NCBI RefSeq assembly: GCF_009914755.1
Contig: NC_060932.1
DNA length: 64,000 nucleotides
Direction: 5' to 3' (one strand)
Source: the human T2T-CHM13v2.0 reference genome, Homo sapiens
A model generated the notes under the pieces. It had not been told where the DNA came from and searched no databases. It saw only the letters and a list, made by a program, of their open reading frames with translations. The translations under genes were made by a program, and so were the position numbers. Numbering within the stretch: position 1 is the stretch's first letter; each line of letters opens with the position of its first letter. Below, piece after piece: positions 54,062-64,000 of this stretch.

Positions 54062-54510
54062 TGTATCAGTTTCTTAGGACTGCCATAATGAGTTACCACA
54101 AACTTGGTGGCTTAAAAAAGTAGAAATTTGTATCAAAATTCTGGAGGCCAGAAGTCTGAAATCAGGGTGGCACCCAAGCCCCTCTCTTTCTGAAGACTCT
54201 GGGGGAGAATATTCCTCGCTTCTTCCAGCTTCTGGTGGCTCCAGGCATTCCTTGGCTTGTGGCTGTATCACTCTGGTCTCTGTCTCAATCTGTACATGGC
54301 CTTCTCCTCTGTGTTTCTTTGTCTCAAATCTCTCTCTGCCTTTCTGGTATAAGGACACCTGTCATTGGGTTCAAGGACCATCTTAAATCCAGGATGAGCT
54401 AGTCTTGAGATCTTTAATTACATCTTCAAACATCCTTTTCCCAAATAAGATCACATTCACAGATCCTGGGTAGACATATCTTTTAAAGGAGTAACATTCA
54501 ATCCACTACA
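54062..54510 (-). mobile_element. MLT1C solo LTR
   Basis: tgtatcagtttcttaggactgccataa...ttcaatccactaca; TSD tcatg / tcagg. Confidence 0.9.
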
Positions 54511-56747
54511 TCAGGTCAATAAGTATTCTATGTTACTACAAAAGGAATATGAGGGGTATGAGGGGAAGCACTGCAGAGGAAAGAGCTTTCTTATCATTTT
54601 GAGCACCTATGACATGCTAAAAGCTAAAGAACTCCAGATTTTCTTATGCCCTTTTGCAGGCAGGGGTTTTGAAGCAGTAGAAGAAACCTAAGACTTCAAC
54701 CCTAAGTTACTCTGGGCTGGACCAAGGCTTTTTTGCATACTCAGAGACCAGTAGAGCTCTGGCTCATTGGTGAGTGCCCAACTTTCTGTATGAGGAAGGG
54801 AATCCCATTGATGAGCCCCATATCATTTTACAGAGCTGTGGAGATGGAACTGTGGCGGTGGGGTTGTTTAGGACTGAAATAAGCCCAAAGAGGGTAATGG
54901 AGCCGTTTTCTGAGCAAGGGAGTTCGTATACTGAGAGGGCAGAAGAACTTGATATGGGATTTGAGAAAAACATTCAGAGACTAAAGGAAGAGTTTGACTA
55001 TTAAAGAGAAAATAATACTAACAGACTATTGACCATTAATTCCCTCTCAATAAGACAGACATCTACTGGCGTGCCTCATTCGATGGCTCAGGAAAGTCAA
55101 ATACTTAGATCCCTTTTTTTACTTATGGTTACCAACAAAGGGATTCTTTTACTGGAATTTAGGACAAATATAATATCTAGATAACTTTTCGTTATGTTTT
55201 AGTTCTCATATCTGGTTTTCACATACCTTTGGAAAATAGGGTAAATAGATATTATAAAAGGAGAAAATTGACATTTATTTAACATAATGCTGCATATACT
55301 TTGTATACCTTCCTTCATACAGAAACAAACTTGGGCAGTCTTCACAGTGCTAGCGCTTGTGCAGAACAGGATGTTGAAGACGCCCCATCGTGGTGTTTTA
55401 TTTTGATGGACAGAGGAAGAAAGGACTAGGAAATGTGTCCTCATCTGACAGCAGCATAACCCATAGACTGATGAAAGTTCCTGCAGTCCTTCCTTCATGA
55501 CTTTCCTGATGGAATCTGAGCCCACTGCAATCCAAAACTCTTTTATTCATTTTTTGTTTTATATGCTGGTATATAGCAGAGTGGCTGTCCTGTAGTAAGT
55601 ACTTGCTAATGAATGCGTGAATGAATGATAAGATAAGGCATAAATTCACTCAAAAATTCTAGACCTTTTCTTGCATTGTGCTCCAAAACACATTAAACAT
55701 GTACCAATACAGAGAACTGCTTCAAAGATACTATGGCCTGTGAGTGTCTGCCACAAGCTAGCCACATGACAATGGCCAAGTCATTTTACCTATCAAATCC
55801 TTAGTTTACTCATCTAATGAGAGAATGGGACAAAAAGACTGAAAGCTCCAAAGAGGTTGGTCACAGTCTCACACTCCAGTTTGGATTTGCATGTGGAGGG
55901 ATTTTACTTACCATATCCCTTGCTCATAATCTGTAGCTCTTATTTTTCAAGCATCTCCCAGCACTGATTTAAAAAATTTGATTTTTCTTCTTGAGGCATT
56001 TAGTGAAAAGCACTGTGTTCCTTCCTAATTTATAACAAAACACTTGAGGAGAGAGTCTTGCCTTACAGTACATGAGTTATGAGGCCAGTGTTCAGCCTGC
56101 TATTCCTTCCTTAGCTGAATTCCATTTTCTCCTTTCAAAGCTGCAGTATTTCTTCTTTCTTGTATGTCAAATTAATCTTTGTTCTTAAAATTATGACCAC
56201 CAAGAGGAAACTTAACTTGTTGTGGTAAAGAATTTGCTGGACTAAACAAAGCATATGTTTTACTTGACATTCTATTCTGCTGCAACAGAACAGCAAATTG
56301 TCATCTCCACTTTAGGGACCTGTCATTGAAAGTAGCAGTGCTGATTCTCATTTTACAAAGAAGAGTTCTGGCTAACTAGACGGTCTTACTTATGAAGGGT
56401 TGTCATATATAACAAATATGGCAAAATATGACAGTATATTTGAATTATATTATAATTATAATTATAATCTGTGCATACTGAAATTTTTAAAAACTACATT
56501 ATGGAGCACAAAGAAAACTAGCTAGTGGTTTGGCTTTTGTTAAACCTTATTTAACATATTCCTATTTGAAAGCTTTGCCACTACCTATCTTTTTCTTGTT
56601 GCTTTAGAATTTTGCTATACTCATTTTCCCCTAGAAGATTCCAAAGATATTGAGTACATCTTATCTGGGGAAGAGTTTGATTGCTTTTGTTTTTTTCAAT
56701 CCTATAAGTGAATTCATCTTACTGCAAAGTTGTAAATGACAGTGCTG

Positions 56748-57170
56748 TGCTGTAGTTTGGATGTTTGGCTCCCAAACCTCATGTTGATATGTGATCCCCA
56801 GTGTTGGAGGTGGGGCCTGGCGGGAGGTGTTTGGGTCATGGGGGAAGGCTCCTCACTAATGGCTTTGTGCTGTCCTCGCAGTAATGACTGAGTTCTCACT
56901 TTACTGGTTCCCATGAGATCCAATTGTTAAAAAGAGCCTGGCACCTCCCTCCCCTCCCTTGCTTCCTCCTTCATCATTTGAGCTCAGCACAACGGCTCTC
57001 CTTCACTTTCCACCATGAGTGGAAGCAGCCTGAGGCCTCACCAGAAGCAGAGGCTGATGCCATGCTTCCTGTACAGCCTACAGAACTGTGAACCAAATAC
57101 ACTTCATTTTGTTAAAATAAATTACTCAACCTCAGGCATTCCTTTATAGCAATGTAAATGGACTGAGATA
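56748..57170 (+). mobile_element. MSTB solo LTR
   Basis: tgctgtagtttggatgtttg...ctcaggcattcctttatagcaa. Confidence 0.9.
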
Positions 57171-58579
57171 GACAGTGAGATATCAAAAAGAAAAAAGGCA
57201 AGTTTTCCTTTGACGTCCCACTCCACCCATGGTCTTTCCCATAGTCAACACTTTGATGTGCAAAGTTTTGATATATTCTTTAATTTACATTAAATATGTA
57301 TGCACTCCTAATTTGTTTTTGTTTTCTCTTTCTAACTATATGGTTCACCCTACGCTTATTTTCTGCAACTTATGTTTTTCATGTCAATATTTCTACCATG
57401 GAAATAATTTCATATCAGAAATGTAGATATATCCCATTCTGATTAACCATTCACTACTATCCTCTAGTATGAATAGATGGATGCATCAGAAAAAACATTT
57501 TTTTAATTGATTTGTATTTGGTCCCCCAATATTTTTCTATTAAAACATGCACCCATCTTTGCACACATACATTTATGCATATCCACGTGTACTTTTTCTT
57601 TTTAAAATTTTATTTTTAATTGACAAATAATTATTGTATATATTTATGGGATACATTGTGATGTTTTGATATGCATAGTAGGTATATTTTTACTTAACAC
57701 TTTTATTCTTGTTTTTGATAGACACAACCAAATTGCATTCCAAAACACCATACTAAATCATACTCATCAATAGTATATGGGAGTGCCTGTTTTCCCATTT
57801 CCTTGCCAACGCAGGATATTATTAATATTTCAAAGTTTTGTCAGTCTCATGGGGGAAAAGCATTATTTCATTATGTTTTAAATTCCAATTGAGATTAGTA
57901 GTGACATTGGTGATATTTTCATATGCATATGAAACTTTCATTTTCTTTTTTGTAAATTACCTGTTCATAACTTTTATCAATTTTTCTATTGGGTTATTTC
58001 TTTTTCATATATACATATGAAATATGTTATTTCAGTTCATGGCTTTTAATTTTGTTCATGATATCTTTTGAGATATAGTCAAAACTGTTGGTTGCTTCCA
58101 AACTGGAGAATATTGTTTGTCTTTTTAAAGACATTTTTCCTACTCCCAAATTATTTTTTAAAAATCCTGTTACATTCTATATTTATTCATTAATTTATTC
58201 AGACTTTACTTTTTGTATACAGTATGACACATATATCTAAATTTATTTTCTCCCAAAGCAAAGCTGGTTGTTAGCCATTTTTTCTTGAATAGTTGATCAT
58301 TTCCTGACTGATTTAAAATAGCAAATTTATCAAACACACCACATATTTACATGAATCTCTGCTTCTTCACTTTCTATTGTTTTCCACTGATTTGTGATAT
58401 ATCAAAATAATACAGAGACTTTTAATTAACATAATTTTAAGTATGATCTTATTCTTTTTTCAAAATATTCATTGCAATATTCATAGACTTTCTCTTCAGA
58501 AAACTTTAAATCACATATATCAAATTCCTTTAAGAAAACTCATTGGAGGTTTTTGACTGTAATTAAATTAATAAGACTG

Positions 58580-59084
58580 TAGTCGACCTTTGAAGAACAG
58601 GGTTTTGAATGGCACAGGTCCACTTACACCTGGATTTTTTCAGTAACAGTTACACTGAGTGTGCTTGCCTCTCCTGCATCCTCTTCTACCTCCTTTAAAC
58701 TTCTTCCGCCTCTGCCACCCCTGAAATAGCAAGACCGATCCCTCGTCTTCCTCCTCCTCATCAGCCTCCTCCATGTGAAGATGACAAGGATGAAGATCTT
58801 TAAGATGATCCACTTCCACTTAATGAATAGTGAGTACATTTTTTGTTCCTTATAATTTGCTTAATAACATTTGATTTTCTCTAGCTTACTTTATTGCAAA
58901 AATACAGTATATAATACATATAACATCCAAAATATGTGTTAATTGACTGTTGATGTTATCATTAAGGCTTCCGCTCAACAGTAGGCTCTTAGTAGTTAAG
59001 TTTTGGGGAATGAACAGTTATACGCAGGTTTTCAACCGCACAGGGGTCAGTACCCTGACCCCTGCATTGTTCAAGGGTTGACTG
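58580..59084. mobile_element. Tigger2-derived MITE (Tigger2a/MER28-like)
   Basis: Terminal inverted repeats agtcgacctttgaa...ttcaagggttgactg followed by TA; atgtgaagatgacaaggatgaagatcttt. Confidence 0.88.
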
Positions 59085-59588
59085 TAATTTGAAAAGTTTT
59101 AATACTTTTACAAAAGTTCAATACATGCTATACTGTTCTTCAAAAATATATGTATTTGTTAAGTTTTTAAGGGCATTTGATAGTTTTGTTTTGTTTTCAC
59201 TGTTAGAAAACTGATTTAATTATGTTCTTATACAGGCTATCTAATGTATAGAAAGCTATTCATTTTTATTGATTAATTTTAAATACAACAAACTTATAAA
59301 AATTTTTATTGATTTTAATAGGTTTTTAGATTACTCTAGACAATAATGAGAATCTTACTGATTTTTCCAATTTGTATACTTTTTTTAAAAGCCTTGTTAT
59401 CAATAAGTCAGTTGTAGTCTTATTTATTTTATTACATCTAACTATCACGTTACAAACTAGGTACACAAGCAGATTGTCTTATTCTGTCCTTAAGTATAAT
59501 AGCATTTTTTTATATTTGTCAGTTGATTTTTTATCTTTTATATATTTTGCATAAACATACTTTATCAATGTATAAAAAGTTTCTTTCT

Positions 59589-59847
59589 GGCCAGGCGCGG
59601 TGGCTCACGCCTGTAATCCCGGCACTTTGGGAGGCCGAGGCCGGCGGATCACGAGGTCAGGAAATCGAGACCATCCTGGCTAACATGGCGAAACCGCGTC
59701 TCTACTAAAAATACAAAAAATTAGCTGGGAGTGGTGGCGGGCGCCTGTATTCCCAGCTACTTGGGAGGCTGAGGCAGGAGAATGGCAGAGGAGCTTGCAG
59801 TTAGCCAAGATGGCACTACTGCGCTCCAGCTTGGGTGACTCGGTCTC

Positions 59848-59878
<31 letters not shown>
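59589..59878 (+). mobile_element. AluY/Sc-type with two small right-arm deletions
   Basis: ggccaggcgcggtggctcacgcc...ggatcacgaggtcagg...cctggctaaca; long A tail; degenerate TSD aaaagtttctttct / aaaattttttttct. Confidence 0.94.
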
Positions 59879-59882
<4 letters not shown>

Positions 59883-62389
59883 TTTCTATACACTAGCTAA
59901 GAGATCTTGGTTTTTCCATTAGAAAGTGATAATTTACATTTACCAAGATCATCATATATTTTCTCATTTAATCTCATAATCTACTAAACGGCATTAATAG
60001 ACTCCACATTGTGAAGCCATTTTTTAATTATTCAGTTAAACCCTGGTTTGCAAAAATGTACCATTATTTTAAAACATAGCTATGTTTAATGCGTTAACAT
60101 TTTATTTGGATTTCCACATCTACATTCATAAGCAAAACTGACATCTTTTTAATTTTTATGCTATTTTTGTTTGGTTTTATCACCAGGATAATTCTGGCCT
60201 CATGAAATGAGTTACAAAATTCTCTATTCTTTTCTGGCTTTGGAATAAACTTAAATTATCTGAAATCATCTGTTTCTACTGGATGGGATGGCTTATTTTA
60301 GGAGCATAAGAATTTTTTATTACTTTTTATTATTCTCTAATTTTTATTATATTTCTTTCTGTCATTTCTTGAGTAAATTTGGTCTTGTAATATGGTAATA
60401 AATATTTTCCTAGGAAAGAGTCTGTTTTGGAGCAAACACCTAACTTTATTGAGGCTGTAATGAAGGATTGAATAAGCAGACACTTAATTTCATTTTAAAC
60501 TCTATTATTCTGTGATTATATAATGCTGAGCACGTAGCAAAAATAGAACCTACAGATACCAACATGTTTTCTACCTACCATAGCAGTAATGATTTAGGAT
60601 ATATTAATGTCATTTTGTCTCACTGCTATGTAGTAATAAAAACTCTTCATTTTAAAAATATATACATTAAATAGCATTTCTCGTACCCCAAACCATATTT
60701 ATTTAAAACCAAAACTTTTAATGACATATTAGAGTTCTTCATATGCAACAAGGCAGATATATATCTGAGGTTTGAATATAAGGAAGTTAGACAACCATCC
60801 CAACAAGTTTTGGAAAACACAGATAAACCATACTTAGGATAATTAAAACCAAAACTATAATAGTCACAGAAGAAACTAACTCTCATCATTCTTGAACAAA
60901 AAGTGAAAAAATTGAACCTCAATGAATTCTCATTATTTTTTCTACAGTGAAGAATGTTTTCTCAACCTTGTGCTTTAAGAGCCTGGTCTCATACTACTTG
61001 CCATGCTTAGTTTCCAAGCTCCTATAGTATATATTTTCAAATTAGTGGAAAGCTACTCACGAACTACAACTCTCAAGAGACACCCATTTCTTCCAGGATT
61101 CAATCATCCTCCTGAGCTTCATGTAAGTCAGAGAAATTCATGAATTATTTAAAATTCTCTACTAAAGCATCAGCTGATTTATAAGAACTATTTGTTGTAG
61201 CTATTTGCTCAAAATAAGATCATGTTATATCCAGGACATGACTAATTTATGACTATAAGGGAGGTGCAAATCAATACTCCAGCAACTGTAGGGTGGAAAA
61301 GTATGTGGTAAGAAAGAGGGAGGAAAAAGTAAAAAGGCTAAGATTCAATTAAGTAGGAATGAATAATTTGCTATGAAAAACTTGATGTCTTTTTCCAAGT
61401 TTCTTCTGTTAAATTATTTCCTTCCTGGTATGGCTAGGGGGTCTGGCTACGCTGTGTGTCAATAAGGCTCTGGTGTACCTGGCTCACCTCAGCCATGCGG
61501 GAGGGAGAGGGAGGTGGGAAGCCATACTTAGGAAATAGGTCCCTGACATCCTATTAGGATATGAGAAGTCCTCACACTAATGACCTCTTGGAGTTAAGAC
61601 ATAATATTTTTCTCTAAAGTAAATAAATGCTACTCATACAGAAATGCTATCCACCAAGTTATCTAATTAAATTGTTCATGGGTGTCGATACAATTATAAA
61701 AATAACATACAAAGAGCTGAACATGGAGGGAATAGACGGGAAAGTTGTGATACAGTTTTTAGGTTGGGGTGAGGGCACCAAAATCAAGAAGTTGTTTAAG
61801 AAAGTGATCCAACACAGAAAGCCTTTTCTTTTTCTCTTCTTTCCTTTATCTTCCTTTTGTCTTTCATTCATTAAACATGTGTTTAACAGGCAGCCCTGCT
61901 AGTTAGTGTTAATGGAGATACAAATATGAAAAGCTATGGGTTATGCCTAGAGGAAATCACCATTGGAAAAGAATTAAGAACATAATTACTTGTTTTAGCA
62001 CCAACTATTAATATATCCCACAGGCTTTGTAGTTTTCTAGAGAGAGCAAAATCTCTGACTGTATTCCTATAAACTAGGCTGGACTGGCGCATTAACATAG
62101 AATAATTTTCATAAGTACTCGACACCAGATTTGCTAATCACCAGAAAATTCCATTCAAAGCTAAAATATGCACATATGTATTTATAAATATAGCTAGAAT
62201 AAAGAAAATATAATGTTAATCATTATTTTGAATGAACAATATCCCACAAGTAGTCTGAAATAAATATTACTTTACATTGCGAGTCAAATCACCATTTTAA
62301 CATAGATTAAGCTTGGGCTGTTGCTGTCTCAGTCATGACTCTAGAAACTAAAAATATTAATCGTTTTTAAAATACTGTTTTATGAATGT

Positions 62390-62590
62390 GCAAACTGTTG
62401 ATAACTGTTGCATTGGCAAGACCTCATTCAATCCTCATGACCATCATATGATAAAGGTATCTTTATTTTAAGATAAGGAGACCAGAGATGATTGAGACCA
62501 CTCGTCTTCCCCAGGACCTCATAGCAAGTAAGTGGTGGAAATGAGATTTAGTCCAAATGTGGCAACTGAGACTTTTCACGGAGCCATTTA
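62390..62590 (-). mobile_element. MIR fragment
   Basis: ctcattcaatcctcatgacc...attttaagataaggagac...agcaagtaagtggtgga. Confidence 0.7.
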
Positions 62591-63046
62591 CCTCCCACAG
62601 AAGGTGCTAAAGGTAATCAGGACAGAGGACATGATGAGTTGACCAGAGGAGCAGCCAGAGCGCTGTGAGAATTTGCAGGAAGCAGTGAGAAATACAGACA
62701 AGGGCAGTCTGTTGCAGCAGTCTTGCATGCGGTCTGCCCTCTGGTAGCAGGTCTTCTTTGTTCTGTTTTCACTAGGTGTCTGACAATCTGTCTATAGGCT
62801 GCTTCATCCAGCAGCCCATCTCCCTTTCTTTTGGCCCTGCCTGTTAGGTTCTGGAGTTCCGGTGACATAAAGACTTCAGACAGATCTCAGGGAACATATT
62901 TTATTGCCTCAAAAATTTTCTAAGGCTCCCAAATCCCTGCAGCTATGTTTAGTGTGAGGGAAAGATAAAGCCAGTTTTGGCCAGTAGAGGCCACTAGTGA
63001 GCAGTTAGTGGCAGAAGAAGGATATTATATAGAAAGAGGCTAGTGA

Positions 63047-63318
63047 ACAACACAGGGCCAATGGTTAACAGCACGGTGTTGTGCACTTCAGAATTTGTTA
63101 AGAGAGTAGCTCTCGTGTCAATTATTTTTACCACAAACAAACAAATAACAAAGAGACACCAGGAAACTTTGGGAGGTGGTGGATATGCCTATAACCTTGA
63201 TTGTAGTGATGTATCATGGGTGTCTGCATATATTCAAACTCATCAAGTAGTAAATAGTAAACATGTGCAGTTCTTTGTGTACCAGTGATGCCTCAATAAA
63301 CCTGTTTTCAAAAAAAAA
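63047..63318 (+). mobile_element. Short L1M 3'-end insertion with preserved TSD
   Basis: aggaaactttgggaggtggtggatatg...cctcaataaa plus A tail; TSD aaaga(g/t)gctagtga at 63033-63046 and 63316-63329. Confidence 0.85.
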
Positions 63319-64000
63319 GATGCTAGTGAGAGAATCTGATCCTGGCTGTATTAGGCCAAATGGACAATTTTTTGAGAGAATAACGTCTCTTCTTTTGGGC
63401 GCCACAGGGACCTCAGAGGCAAGGCTGTGGAGTTTCTCTGCAGAGCATTATACTAATATGACTGTGTTGCAGCATCACTGAGACTGTTGTCTCTCTGTTA
63501 GAGTTTTAATTTCTGCAAGAGAGAAGCTGGCTGTCCCAGCTACAGGAACGTGGCTGTGAGGGCCTGGCCACTAGGGGTGCATCATGTGTATTGTGGCCAT
63601 GACTCAAAAGGAGGGATTTGTTTTGAGTTGGAAAGATGCCCCTAAGTGAGGCATGCAAACTTCTCCAACTTTATGCTAGCTCTTTGGTAAAATTTGCTTC
63701 TAATTGTGCAATGTTCAAGGAGAAAAACTTGTTTCTCAGCAGGTTTCTAGTTTATTCCAGACCTTTGGGGTCTTTGGAGGACAAAAGACAAATGTCCTGC
63801 TATCTGAAGCCAGGTAGCAGGACATTTAGGTGATTTAAGGCCTGCCTCCTTTTCTTGGAATGATGTTTATGGATGTTATTTCCATCTCTCTAGTTTTTCC
63901 AGATTGACAGACAATCTTACAGTCACTTGGACAGTTCAAATATACTTGAGGACTTTCACATATGAGCTACATAGTCCATAGAGTAGGCTAAGTAGGACTT

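Larger units (their letters stand above)
57200..60450 (-). mobile_element. Very old L1 (L1ME-type) remnants with nested Tigger and Alu
   Basis: gagtgcctgttttcccatttccttgccaac; caatttttctattggg; ctggcctcatgaaatgagtt; strongly T-rich. Confidence 0.65.

Noticed and set aside
54774-55004. Acidic, protein-looking 76-aa ORF
   Set aside because: Starts at GTG, I recognise no homology, and there are no convincing splice or retrocopy hallmarks; tblastn would settle it.
59041-59064. Hairpin caggggtcag-tacc-ctgacccctg
   Set aside because: Falls in the subterminal inverted repeat region of the Tigger2-type element.

Overview
This is AT-rich primate (human-like) non-coding genomic DNA, intergenic or deep intronic. 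I find no supported protein-coding gene, RNA gene, CpG island or prokaryotic-type system. Roughly half the window is recognisable transposon debris: L1 copies from L1PA to L1ME, seven Alus, about 14 MaLR solo LTRs (THE1/MST/MLT1), MER1A/MER1B, MER5, Tigger elements, L2/MIR/L3 and microsatellites. The ORF track is explained by L1/Alu/LTR remnants and chance ORFs. The most interesting signals are retrotransposition and repair scars. (1) An L1PA insertion whose 13-bp target-site duplication (TSD) encloses about 630 bp of non-L1 DNA with two extra poly(A) tracts, consistent with a two-generation 3' transduction. (2) A roughly 120-bp patchwork insertion apparently templated from an LTR 3.2 kb away. 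(3) A double fold-back insertion inside L1 ORF2. (4) An Alu reduced to its two ends. (5) Three twin-priming inversions. Repeat subfamily names come from recalled consensus sequences, not a database search, and boundaries of old elements are approximate.
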